From contig JAUIER010000002.1 of assembly GCA_030429765.1 (NCBI GenBank), positions 42,126 to 106,125 on the forward strand: a DNA stretch of 64,000 nucleotides, given 5' to 3'. Below, piece by piece: positions 1 through 9,100 of this stretch. The notes beneath the pieces are model-generated. The model had not been told where the DNA came from. It made no database searches and saw only the letters and a list, made by a program, of their open reading frames with translations. The stretch comes from a bacterium (GTDB lineage Bacteria > Omnitrophota > Gorgyraeia > Zapsychrales > Zapsychraceae). Position 1 is the first letter of the stretch. Each line of letters starts with the position of its first letter. The translations under genes were made by a program, and so were the position numbers.

Positions 1-802
1 GAAAATAATTGTTTTGCCGGGCGACAAAATCCTGACTAAGCTCGAGCAACTGGATTTGATCACTAAAATTTTTACGGGCCTTTTGGGTAATACGCACCGC
101 GTTAACCAGCCGCGGCTTGTATGCCTGCTCGAAATCAATCAGGATTTCCTTGAGAAAGTCATGGGATCGCTGCACATTTTCCTGCAGACATTGCTCGGGT
201 GTTTGGCAGTTGTTGACCGGGGTGAGATTTTTCTGGACCACCGTGTTACGGATAAACTCTTCAAGCCGTGTGATCTCCGGCTGGACCAAGCCCCAGTCGC
301 GGTCACCTTTCAGCGCCGAAATTCGTCGGACAATCTCCTGGTAGTTCTTGTCTCGAACACGGAAATTGTTGATGCGATACGTATCAGCCATGAGCTGACT
401 GATGCTCTGGAGCTCAGTCACGTAAACATCAAACTCACGTTTTTCCGCCTCAATTGCATCCTGATACTTCTGAGCCATCTGCAGTCCCTGGTCTTTGAGT
501 TCAATCAACTCAACCAGCAATGCATTACGGTCCTGCAGCAGTTTAATCCGTTGTTCTTCAATGAGTTTGACTTTAAGGAGAAGCCGGTCCAGATGAAACT
601 TGGAGCCTTCTTCAAACGTGGCAAATTTGGAAACAGTGGTCAGGGACAGGTCCCGATCACGGGCCGACTGCGACATACCGCTTGCATCCATTAGTTGGCC
701 CAGCGGACTGGTCCCGCTTTTTTCGGTGATATATTGATCGTAGGTGAAAACTCCGATCACCACGAAAACAATCAGTAATAGTAGTAAAGCCTTGTCGCCC
801 AT
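1..802 (-). CDS. Partial hypothetical membrane-anchored coiled-coil protein. The start is in the window and the 3' end runs off the window edge.
   Basis: Reverse-complement reading from the ATG at 802-800 gives MGDKALLLLLIVFVVIGVFTYDQ..., an N-terminal TM helix followed by a long heptad-like charged region. It is co-oriented with all neighbouring genes. It is absent from the ORF track because no stop lies within the window. Confidence 0.45.
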   Translation of the reverse strand, partial: MGDKALLLLLIVFVVIGVFTYDQYITEKSGTSPLGQLMDASGMSQSARDRDLSLTTVSKFATFEEGSKFHLDRLLLKVKLIEEQRIKLLQDRNALLVELIELKDQGLQMAQKYQDAIEAEKREFDVYVTELQSISQLMADTYRINNFRVRDKNYQEIVRRISALKGDRDWGLVQPEITRLEEFIRNTVVQKNLTPVNNCQTPEQCLQENVQRSHDFLKEILIDFEQAYKPRLVNAVRITQKARKNFSDQIQLLELSQDFVARQNNYF

Positions 803-1017
803 GATTTTTCCAACGTGTTTAACTGGTATTAACTATATACAGTTTCACATTTTACACGAATTCACACGTGATTACAACACTCAATAATTATACAATATTT
901 TACGCAAGTCGTGCAATACTCGAAGGTTAGATAAATAGCTCCGCCTCCCGGCCGAGCAGGATCAAGCTGGCTATAGGGCACAAGTGCGAAAAGTCAGCCC
1001 CATAGTAAGATGGCTGG

Positions 1018-1632
1018 TTAAAAAGATGACTCTGGACTCTTGAGAAATTCCAGTTCGGTGGACGTGGACCGTCGATTCAGCATCTCGTTTCGGTGAGGAA
1101 AACGTTCAAAACGTTTGATAATATCATGGTGACGTTGCGCAAATTGATAGACCCCTTCAAAATATTCCACATTTTTCGGATCTTCCGCCTCCGCGGCCTC
1201 CACCAGTGATTTGTAGTACTGCAAGGATTTTTCCTGGACCAACAGGTTTTCGGAATGCATCATCGGCATATAAAGGAACTGTCGCTGGACCAGCGACAGC
1301 TCTTCAGCGAAATCTTCCTTGATCGCTAGAAAACAATATTCCAGGGCCTGCAGGTCTGTATCAAAGGCCTTGGCCGAATCTCGGAAAATATTGCGGGAGA
1401 ACTGATCGAGCAAAATGATCAGCGCTAGCGCGCCAACCGAAAATTCCATCCATGAGGTATACTTGCCTTTGCGGGCCTTGGTTAAATCGGATGAAAATTT
1501 CTTGGCGATGAGCTTGTCGTTTTCCGCATCCTTGGAAAACCAACGTTCCTTGACCGGGATATCCTCAGTCAGAATTGTATCTTCGGTGATACCGTCAAAC
1601 CAAAAGTCTAGAATTGCAGCTACTCGTTCCAT
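1018..1632 (-). CDS. DUF924 family protein (conserved bacterial protein of unknown function)
   Basis: 204 aa. Carries the RFPHRN motif and the W/F-rich N-terminus typical of DUF924. The ATG at 1632-1630 was verified. Confidence 0.65.
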   Translation of the reverse strand: MERVAAILDFWFDGITEDTILTEDIPVKERWFSKDAENDKLIAKKFSSDLTKARKGKYTSWMEFSVGALALIILLDQFSRNIFRDSAKAFDTDLQALEYCFLAIKEDFAEELSLVQRQFLYMPMMHSENLLVQEKSLQYYKSLVEAAEAEDPKNVEYFEGVYQFAQRHHDIIKRFERFPHRNEMLNRRSTSTELEFLKSPESSF

Positions 1633-1687
1633 AATAAATTTCTATCTCCTAAATCTTTGCAAATTAGCGGAATTTATCCGGACTGAA

Positions 1688-2980
1688 CTAGAGCACGGCG
1701 GAATAGCCCTCGACAAAAAATACACCGGCCACACAGCCCGTCGTCAAACAGGCCAAGGTCGCGGCGATTAATGACTTAACACCAAGTTCAGCGATATCTT
1801 TTTTTCGATGCGGGACCAGCGCCGAGACGCCTCCCACGAAGATGGACATGGATGCCACGTGAGCAAAACCGCACAACGCATAGGTCGTAACCACCACGGA
1901 TCTGTTGTGCATCACGAGATCATCTTTCAATACACTAGCTAAATTCTGATACGCTGTCAACTCTGTAACGATCAGCCTCTCGCCGATGATCGATGACATC
2001 AGGCCGGCATCCTCCAGCGGCACGCCCATAATGAGGGTAAACGGATAAAATATCCGGCTCAGAATGCCGTTCAGCGACCACACCGACGTAGATCCGGTCC
2101 ATTGATTCCATTGCGCCCCTAGGGCCCCCAGGATGATATCCAGCAGCTCCACCAAACCCAACACGGCTATAAGAAGCGCCACAATCCCCACGATCAATCG
2201 AACGCCGCCGTTTGCCCCGTTAATGACGGCCTCGAACAAGCTCTCCTCCCGTTCAACCACCGGAGACACATCCAGCCCAAGGGTTTCAGGCACATCATTC
2301 TCAGGCAACAACACCTTGGCCATCATGATCGCGGCCGGCACAGAGAGCAGCGAAGCTGAAATCAGATGCCCGGCGATCTTGGGAAACACGTCCACCAGAC
2401 TAAAAACATACACGGCCAGGACATTGGATGACACCGACGCCATCCCGGCTGTGAGGACTACACATAGTTCCGACCGCGTCATCTTTTCCAGATAGGGCCG
2501 GACCGTAAAGGCCGACTCGATCCCGACGAATAGATTGCTGACCGCGCACACCGATTCGGCACCGGATATATTCATCAACCGGGTGAACACGCGGGCAAAC
2601 CAGCGGATGATAACCGGAAACACATTGAAATAATAGAGGATTGAAACCAGACTGGAAAAGAAAATAATGGAAGGAAAAACCTGAAAGGCAAAAATAAATC
2701 CGAGTGACTCACCGCCGCCCGGCGGGACCGCCAACGGCCCGAACAAGAATTTTGCGCCGGCCAACGACGCGTCCATCACCCGGACAACGCCGTCATTGAG
2801 CACATGAAAACATTTAACACCCGCGGGCAATACAAACAAAAACCAGGCAAACAGCATTTGAAAGCTCACGCACCAAACCACAATATGCCAATTGATATTC
2901 TTGCGATCGGACGAAAACAACGCGGCCAGGCCGGTTAACAAAACAATACCGAACAAACTGATAAAATTGTAAAGCCCCAT
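1688..2980 (-). CDS. nupC: Concentrative nucleoside transporter, NupC/CNT family
   Basis: Polytopic membrane protein. The C-terminus ...ALCGFAHVASMSIFVGGVSALVPHRKKDIAELGVKSLIAATLACLTTGCVAG matches the CNT-family signature. The track start at 3001 is a TTG; the first ATG (MGLYNF...) is at 2980. Confidence 0.7.
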   Translation of the reverse strand: MGLYNFISLFGIVLLTGLAALFSSDRKNINWHIVVWCVSFQMLFAWFLFVLPAGVKCFHVLNDGVVRVMDASLAGAKFLFGPLAVPPGGGESLGFIFAFQVFPSIIFFSSLVSILYYFNVFPVIIRWFARVFTRLMNISGAESVCAVSNLFVGIESAFTVRPYLEKMTRSELCVVLTAGMASVSSNVLAVYVFSLVDVFPKIAGHLISASLLSVPAAIMMAKVLLPENDVPETLGLDVSPVVEREESLFEAVINGANGGVRLIVGIVALLIAVLGLVELLDIILGALGAQWNQWTGSTSVWSLNGILSRIFYPFTLIMGVPLEDAGLMSSIIGERLIVTELTAYQNLASVLKDDLVMHNRSVVVTTYALCGFAHVASMSIFVGGVSALVPHRKKDIAELGVKSLIAATLACLTTGCVAGVFFVEGYSAVL

Positions 2981-3090
2981 ATCCTGACGATTGTAATACA
3001 ACAGCTTTCTTTGTCAAGACAGGCGACACCAAACCTTCTCAAAAAAATGGGCCGGTCACATGGACCGGCCCCGGGCTTACATCGCGCTTC

Positions 3091-3357
3091 CTATTCGAAC
3101 GGAAACGTGACCACATCGATTAAACCACCTCCAATATCCTTAAGCATGTAAAATGGAGATTCTACTAAACCCTTCAGGAATCCAACTGGCCTGGAGTCCA
3201 TTTCATCCATCCCCATCTTCGGACGCTCAATCAATTGCATAGGTGATTTAACCACTTTGACGAATCCGTCCTTGAGCTTATCAACGCCTGCGTAAGCCGG
3301 AACGGACAACGTGAGAACAAATGCAAAAGCTATGCCCAAACATAGTACCTTTTTCAT
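3091..3357 (-). CDS. Small secreted protein (signal peptide), hypothetical
   Basis: MKKVLCLGIAFAFVLTLSVPAYAG is a signal peptide with an AxA-like cleavage site. An ATG at 3357 is preceded by AAGGAGG; the track's upstream GTG lies inside that RBS. Confidence 0.5.
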   Translation of the reverse strand: MKKVLCLGIAFAFVLTLSVPAYAGVDKLKDGFVKVVKSPMQLIERPKMGMDEMDSRPVGFLKGLVESPFYMLKDIGGGLIDVVTFPFE

Positions 3358-3518
3358 CCTCCTCACCTCCTTTGTGTGCCACTAGTTGCCCCGTCTCGGA
3401 GACAACGCAGCTGTGTGAGTGTCAAGGACTCACTCTATAATTATCCCACATTTACGCACTCGTCCGTAGGGATATCCATGACTTTTGTGATGTTTTTCAG
3501 TCATAAAAAGCACCATAC

Positions 3519-3543
3519 TGTCATTTTATGACATATTATGACA
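3519..3543. promoter_or_regulatory. Palindrome TGTCAT-TTT-ATGACA overlapping a 10-bp-spaced direct repeat TTATGACA x2. Candidate operator.
   Basis: Read directly: tgtcattttatgacatattatgacatta at 3519-3546, in the intergenic region upstream of the small secreted-protein gene (start 3357) and downstream of the aminotransferase stop (3576). Confidence 0.35.
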
Positions 3544-3575
3544 TTATTATTTGTAATCTATTGATATGTATAACT

Positions 3576-4724
3576 TTATGGATTGAATGCGTGAAGGACT
3601 TGCAGGGTCTTTTCGACCTGTTCGGGGGTATTATACACATGCGGGGTCAGGCGGATATTGCCCTTCCAGAAAGCGCTATAAATATCGGAGCTCTGTAAGT
3701 GCTTATATAGGTTTTCGTTATGAGCTGAATCGGCACAAGTGATCACCAGCAAGCCGGAACGGAATTCGGGGTCTTCGGGACTGATCACGCCGAAACGATG
3801 GCGATCCAGACCGTTCAAAAATTGATCAATCAAGGATTGATTGTGCGTATACACGTTTTCAATCCCCACCTCCAGCCAATAATCGATGGCCGCGCGCAGC
3901 GGAACGAAATTAAAGAAGTTGGCCGTACCAAACACATCATATTTCTGCGCGGAGGTCTGCTCTTTGAAGACAATCGGTCCGGTCTCTTTCATCTCTTCGG
4001 CCGTCATATAATTGGGCCAGTAGGCCCTATTGACCTGCAGGGATTTTCGTAATTCCGGGCGCATCCAGCAAAAGCCAGTTCCGTATGGTCCGCACAACCA
4101 CTTGTAACCGACGGCGACAATCGCATCGACGTTTAACGCCGCTACATCAACCGGCATTGTTCCAACGGACTGCGCGATATTCAGCACACAGACAATGCCT
4201 TGCGAGCGGCATACTTTGGATATGGCATCAATATTTAACATGTGTCCGCTAAATGTGTGAACGTGCGACAAACAAGTCAAGCGCGTCCGCGGCGTAACGG
4301 CCGAACAGAATTCTTCAGGATTCAGGATATGACTGGATGCCGGAATTTGTTTAACGACAACACCTTTTTTTTCCAGCGCTAACCAGGGAATAATGTTGGT
4401 GGGAAAATCGTTCTGCATCAAAACGATTTCATCACCTTGCTGCCAATCAATACCATCTGCCAGAAGATGCAATCCGTAACTCGCTGATGTTCCAAGAATG
4501 ACATCCTTGGGGTCCACATGAATGAGCCGGCCGATCGAACGCTTCAGCTCCAGCGGCACCTGGATAAATTTAGGAATATCGAGTTCATAAACCGAACTTT
4601 TCCATTCCACCGCCTGGTTCAAGGCCTCACGCGCCACGACGGGAAGCGGACCTTCACTCGCCGCATTCAGCCAGATCACGTCGCCAAAATCATGAAAATC
4701 AGATTGATAGTTTTTCTGTGTCAC
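3576..4724 (-). CDS. Class V PLP-dependent aminotransferase/cysteine desulfurase-like enzyme
   Basis: Contains ILGTSASYGLHLL..., SHVHTFSGHMLNIDAISKVCR, and AVGYKWLCGPYG (the PLP-lysine region). The start was refined to a GTG at 4724 forming a GTGA 4-nt overlap with the upstream gene's TGA stop. The track's 426-aa ORF would overlap that gene by 136 nt. Confidence 0.8.
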   Translation of the reverse strand: MTQKNYQSDFHDFGDVIWLNAASEGPLPVVAREALNQAVEWKSSVYELDIPKFIQVPLELKRSIGRLIHVDPKDVILGTSASYGLHLLADGIDWQQGDEIVLMQNDFPTNIIPWLALEKKGVVVKQIPASSHILNPEEFCSAVTPRTRLTCLSHVHTFSGHMLNIDAISKVCRSQGIVCVLNIAQSVGTMPVDVAALNVDAIVAVGYKWLCGPYGTGFCWMRPELRKSLQVNRAYWPNYMTAEEMKETGPIVFKEQTSAQKYDVFGTANFFNFVPLRAAIDYWLEVGIENVYTHNQSLIDQFLNGLDRHRFGVISPEDPEFRSGLLVITCADSAHNENLYKHLQSSDIYSAFWKGNIRLTPHVYNTPEQVEKTLQVLHAFNP

Positions 4725-5008
4725 TGTTTGATCTCCAGACGGGCCCGGTCGATATACTTGAGAAAACGACGGAAAAAAATAAACCAGAGGATGATCAGGA
4801 TCACACTGATCAATCCCCGCGTACGGCCCGGTTGCTGAACATACATATTCGCGCACATAAACATCGCGATGTAGAATCCCGGACGCGTCACCTGACGATA
4901 CTCATCGCGCGGAAACTTCAAGACACGTTCGCAACGGGGACACTCCAGCGAACCGGTCATGATTTCTTTGACGGATATATGCGTCTGACAATCCGGACAA
5001 TAAGCCAT
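4721..5008 (-). CDS. Zinc-ribbon (CPxCQ...CPRC) protein with C-terminal TM helix
   Basis: MAYCPDCQTHISVKEIMTGSLECPRCERVL... followed by LISVILIILWFIFF. The ATG was verified at 5008. Translationally coupled to the aminotransferase. Confidence 0.5.
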   Translation of the reverse strand: MAYCPDCQTHISVKEIMTGSLECPRCERVLKFPRDEYRQVTRPGFYIAMFMCANMYVQQPGRTRGLISVILIILWFIFFRRFLKYIDRARLEIKQ

Positions 5009-5038
5009 AATGTTGAAATGAAGAATTAAAAGGAGGGT

Positions 5039-5317
5039 TTACTCGAACTCGATATTCTTTTCGGAAATGCTGTTGGCCAGCTCCAGGACGGCCTCCCGCG
5101 CTGTCGGCCGATTGGTTCGATAGATCCAGCGATAAACCTCGATCGCCAGATCAATTTCACCTTCAACGATCAGGCGCCGAACATCAAACATCGTCGCCTT
5201 GCCGTGCTCAGGAAAGATCCCGCGGCGCCGGGCGGCATTCAACGACCAAATCCACCGGGAACGGCTGATCACAACGGCACAAATAACCACAACTAGAAAC
5301 GCGTATATCCAAACCAT
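5039..5317 (-). CDS. Small membrane protein, hypothetical
   Basis: The ATG at 5317 gives MVWIYAFLVVVICAVVISRS.... The track start at 5359 is a TTG that overlaps the response-regulator gene. Confidence 0.35.
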   Translation of the reverse strand: MVWIYAFLVVVICAVVISRSRWIWSLNAARRRGIFPEHGKATMFDVRRLIVEGEIDLAIEVYRWIYRTNRPTAREAVLELANSISEKNIEFE

Positions 5318-5330
5318 ATCGCTGAATATT

Positions 5331-5699
5331 CTACTCGTTTTCGCCCAAACAATCAACAATCCTCTGAACCAGCTCGGAAATATCGACCGGCTTTACATAA
5401 TACTCCTTGATTCCCTCGAGCTTAAAGACCTCTTCCATCGTCTCATTCCCGGTCAGCACAATGACCGGCGTGTGCTCAAACCCCTCCATCTTCTTCAATT
5501 CCTGCATAAATTCATAGCCATTGAGGTTAGGAAGCCCGATGTCCAGGACAATCAGGTCCGGCCGTTCTGACTGAACCTTTTCCAGACCGATATCGCCATC
5601 CGTGGCGGTGACCACTTCGTACCGGTTCGCGGCCAGACCGAATTTGACCAATGATAAACTGACTTTTTCATCATCCACTACAAGGATTTTGTGTGCCAT
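5331..5699 (-). CDS. Single-domain response regulator (CheY-like receiver)
   Basis: KILVVDDE...LIVLDIGLP...VIVLTG...K, with the canonical DD/D/T/K receiver residues. The ATG at 5699 is preceded by GAGGGTG; the track start at 5711 is a GTG inside that RBS. Confidence 0.85.
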   Translation of the reverse strand: MAHKILVVDDEKVSLSLVKFGLAANRYEVVTATDGDIGLEKVQSERPDLIVLDIGLPNLNGYEFMQELKKMEGFEHTPVIVLTGNETMEEVFKLEGIKEYYVKPVDISELVQRIVDCLGENE

Positions 5700-5809
5700 A
5701 TTGAAATCCACCCTCTGGTTGGGAAATTAGTATCTGAAATTCACAAACGGATCAAAATAATTATTGCTTTAATCATCCTGTCGATTAGAATATTTTAAAG
5801 GAGAAACGA

Positions 5810-6160
5810 ATGAAGCTCAAAGATTTAGTCAAAAAACTTCAATACCTGGACCACAAAACCGCCCGCTGGCTGATGCGTCACTTCTACTTCACGTTTTTTC
5901 AGCTGGTCCTTCTGGTTGTCTTTGTGTTCTGGTTTCGAAATCTCCTTGATGTCATCGACATCAGTTTCCACCGCACCGAAGAAACCACCATTGAAGCCTC
6001 GCTTCACAGCATGAATGTCAACTCCACCATCGTCTGCGTGCTACTTCTACTCAATTCATTCTGGATGCTGTACATCCTGAACGCGATGCAGCGTCTAGCC
6101 AATCTCATCAAAGACGTCAGCTACAATATCAATCGTTTGCGCGCTGAGCGTAAACGCTAA
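5810..6160 (+). CDS. Small membrane protein, hypothetical
   Basis: The ATG at 5810 is preceded by AAAGGAG. Two predicted TM helices. The only plus-strand gene in this 20-kb stretch. Confidence 0.5.
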   Translation: MKLKDLVKKLQYLDHKTARWLMRHFYFTFFQLVLLVVFVFWFRNLLDVIDISFHRTEETTIEASLHSMNVNSTIVCVLLLLNSFWMLYILNAMQRLANLIKDVSYNINRLRAERKR

Positions 6161-7399
6161 TCAAAAATATTCCTGGTATATCTCTTTGACCTTACCGATC
6201 ATCCGGTTGCTCCAACCGGTCTTTCCGTCCTGTGTCACACCGTATCGCATTGAATCTGAAAAACCTTTTTGCGCCAAACCAATAGCCGACGAATATAGCG
6301 CGGTATTGGAAACATTCTTGTGATTCAGCCGATTGATCTGCGCCAGCGTTACGGGCATATTAGTGCGCTCTTCAATCAGCTCAATCAAGCCGGGCAGCAG
6401 CGATCCACCGCCGATCATTTTAACACCATGATGTATGTGTCCGTAATAGCCCGAGTCCGTCAGCACCTGATCGATTGCATCTACCAGCTCCAGTATTTCC
6501 TCTTCAATCGCCTCATAAATATCCATACGCCTCACGGGAGTGTACGCCTCTTCCCGCTTCACCAGGATTTCCTCCTCAGGTTCGATCTGTGACGCATTCG
6601 CCGTGGCGTAGGAGCGCTTGATCTCCTCGGCGAGGTCGACCGATAACTTCAAATGCTTCGCGATCCGACACGTGAGACTGTATCCCCCCGACGGGATCGT
6701 TTCCATGTGACGAAGAATGCCGTCCTTAAAAATCAGGACACTTGTAATCTTGGCGCCGATATCTATCATCACAATCCCGCCCTGCTTTTCCTGATCACTC
6801 AGGATCAGGTCGCCGGCGACAAAACTGCTGAAATAAAGCTCCGTCACATCGTAACCGGCATGATTGATCGACTTGAGAATATTTTTGATCCGATCGACAT
6901 TGGACACCAGCATCAATGACTCAACCGCTAACTTGCGGCCGTACAGACCGATGGGATTTGTTGCCGAATTAACATCATCGACTTCATAAATCTGCGGCAT
7001 TTCATGGAGAACTTCTTCTTCCATCCGTACGCCCAGTAGACGCGCCTGCTTGTTGAGGCGACGCAGATCCTTCTCGGCAATCACCTTGTTCCCCCGGTCA
7101 ACCAGCGGAATCGCGGTCGACGATTTGCGCACATCAATCAGACTTCCATCCACGCCGACAAAAAGTTCTTTGCTGCGGATACCGGTCTTATCCGCCAACT
7201 CAGTTAACGCGTGACTGATACATTCCGAGAACTCATTAAGATCGCTGACGGATGAGTTCTTGAACCCATGAACCGCATGTTCAAAGGCGCCTACAATTTC
7301 CGTCGAGGCATCCTTGACCTTAACGACACCGACCTTAAACCGATGCGCGCCCAGATCCAGCCCGCAATAGTATTTATCATTCAGCACTCTGTTTAACAT
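6161..7399 (-). CDS. ftsA: Cell division protein FtsA
   Basis: Actin-fold motifs GLDLG, DIGAKITS and GGGSLLPGL, and a position after ftsQ in the dcw cluster. Confidence 0.9.
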   Translation of the reverse strand: MLNRVLNDKYYCGLDLGAHRFKVGVVKVKDASTEIVGAFEHAVHGFKNSSVSDLNEFSECISHALTELADKTGIRSKELFVGVDGSLIDVRKSSTAIPLVDRGNKVIAEKDLRRLNKQARLLGVRMEEEVLHEMPQIYEVDDVNSATNPIGLYGRKLAVESLMLVSNVDRIKNILKSINHAGYDVTELYFSSFVAGDLILSDQEKQGGIVMIDIGAKITSVLIFKDGILRHMETIPSGGYSLTCRIAKHLKLSVDLAEEIKRSYATANASQIEPEEEILVKREEAYTPVRRMDIYEAIEEEILELVDAIDQVLTDSGYYGHIHHGVKMIGGGSLLPGLIELIEERTNMPVTLAQINRLNHKNVSNTALYSSAIGLAQKGFSDSMRYGVTQDGKTGWSNRMIGKVKEIYQEYF

Positions 7400-7401
7400 A
7401 T

Positions 7402-8166
7402 CTATTTTTTTCCGATGATCGGTTCTTTGAAACGGAGATCAATGTAGTTGACTTCATTGAGATCGAGATTGCCCTGCGTCAGGACGACACCCAACACCTT
7501 GACCTTATAATTGATTTTCTGATCGTCGATGATGGCCTTCACATCTTTGTCCAGATGCAAGAAGATCTTGGATAATTGTCCCACCTCAAGGCGAAGCACC
7601 TGGTACGAAGACAAGGTCGCGTTTTCCCTAAAGGCGCGGATGATTTTCAGCGCTGCCTTGAGCTCCGCCCCTTTAAGCCGCGCACCTAAATTAATACTCG
7701 GATTGGCGAGTTTGAGTCCTTCAATCGCGGGCAAATCTTTATCCGCTTTATCGGATTTATCCAGCACCACGCCCTCATCATCAAGAACCAGAAAACTGTC
7801 CTTGAATAAAAACTGCGCCAGCCGAACCCGCTTTTTGGCCACCAAATGAATCTGGTCCGGAAAACGTTTTTCGACCTTTAGTTCAGATATCTCCGGATAC
7901 TTGGTTAAGAGTGTCCGCTCGACGCTGTTAAGATTCACCTGAAAGATATTTTTGCCGCGCAGATTCATCAGATCATCTTTCTGAATAAACTGGAGGGTTG
8001 GATCAATCACGATCTTCTTGACGGCAAAACGGCGGGAATCCAGCAAATAGTCAGATACGCCTTTATAAAGAAAAACCCCGAGCAGGAACGACGCCGAGAT
8101 GATAAACAGAATAATCGCGATCTTAAAGATCTGCGGCCATATATTTTTTCGCTTTTTTCTTGCCAT
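7402..8166 (-). CDS. ftsQ: Cell division protein FtsQ/DivIB
   Basis: N-terminal basic segment plus a single TM, then POTRA-like and beta domains. Lies between ddl and ftsA. Confidence 0.8.
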   Translation of the reverse strand: MARKKRKNIWPQIFKIAIILFIISASFLLGVFLYKGVSDYLLDSRRFAVKKIVIDPTLQFIQKDDLMNLRGKNIFQVNLNSVERTLLTKYPEISELKVEKRFPDQIHLVAKKRVRLAQFLFKDSFLVLDDEGVVLDKSDKADKDLPAIEGLKLANPSINLGARLKGAELKAALKIIRAFRENATLSSYQVLRLEVGQLSKIFLHLDKDVKAIIDDQKINYKVKVLGVVLTQGNLDLNEVNYIDLRFKEPIIGKK

Positions 8167-9100
8167 AAGCCAATTCAGTTAACGTTAAACACAATTGATC
8201 AAAACTGATCCCTACGTGAGCGGCCGCTTTCGGCAGCAGGCTCGTCTGCGTAAATCCCGGAATGGTATTGATCTCCAGGACATACGGCTTCAAGTTTTCA
8301 TCCAAACGGAAGTCCACCCGCGACAGGTGCTGACAACCAAGAACGGTATGTACCTTGAGCGCCGTTTCCTGCAATAGATGCCGAACCTCTAGCGGGATCT
8401 CCGCCGGGATCACATATCCGGTCTGTCCGGATTGATACTTGGATTTGAAATCAAAGAATTGATTGCCAGGTCGGATCTCAATGACATCCAGAGGTGTTTG
8501 ATCAAGAATCCCGACGGTGACCTCACGACCGTCGATGTAGCGCTCCACCATTATCTCGCGTCCGTAGGCCTTGGCCTCATCAATGGCCGACAGCAATTCA
8601 CCGATATTCTGTACGATGCTGACGCCGATGCTTGACCCCTCACAGGCCGGCTTGACAACCAGCGGAAAACGTTCAAACTGCTCAACCACCGCCTCAATAT
8701 CTACCACCTGCGACATATCCAATACCCGGAATTCCGGCACCACGACATTGTTCTCAATCAGCAGGCTCTGCGTCAGGACTTTATTGAACGCTAGTCGGCT
8801 CGCCTGACAACCGGATCCGGTAAACGGAACGCCTAACTCTTCACAGATCGACTGCACCTGCCCGTCTTCACCGAGCTTGCCGTGTAATGTGATAAAGATC
8901 AAATCCACATTCTTAGAGCAGATCACCTTTTTGATATGTTCATAATCGGGTTCGCGAATATCGATGCCCGTGACTTCCAAGCCCTGAGACCAGAGCGATT
9001 CGTAGACGGCGCTTCCTGACTTCAATGAAATTTTGCGCTCGGTGGAGATCCCTCCCATTAAAACACCGATGCGGCCAATCTTTTTAAACGGTTTACTCAT
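8123..9100 (-). CDS. ddl: D-alanine--D-alanine ligase
   Basis: MSKPFKKIGRIGVLMGGISTERKISLKSG... and an ATP-grasp C-terminal half. The ATG at 9100 was verified and overlaps the murC stop by 8 nt; the track's upstream extension was discarded. Confidence 0.9.
   Translation of the reverse strand: MSKPFKKIGRIGVLMGGISTERKISLKSGSAVYESLWSQGLEVTGIDIREPDYEHIKKVICSKNVDLIFITLHGKLGEDGQVQSICEELGVPFTGSGCQASRLAFNKVLTQSLLIENNVVVPEFRVLDMSQVVDIEAVVEQFERFPLVVKPACEGSSIGVSIVQNIGELLSAIDEAKAYGREIMVERYIDGREVTVGILDQTPLDVIEIRPGNQFFDFKSKYQSGQTGYVIPAEIPLEVRHLLQETALKVHTVLGCQHLSRVDFRLDENLKPYVLEINTIPGFTQTSLLPKAAAHVGISFDQLCLTLTELAYGKKKAKKYMAADL

Noticed and set aside
14-694. 226-aa plus-strand ORF at the window start
   Set aside because: Leu-rich, low-information translation typical of the antisense of a real gene. 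The minus strand over the same span encodes a protein with a TM helix and coiled coil, starting at an ATG (802), co-oriented with all neighbours.
975-1015. Imperfect hairpin GCTATAGGGC...GCCCCATAG downstream of the DUF924 gene as a terminator
   Set aside because: The stem has mismatches and there is no adjacent U-run on the transcribed strand.
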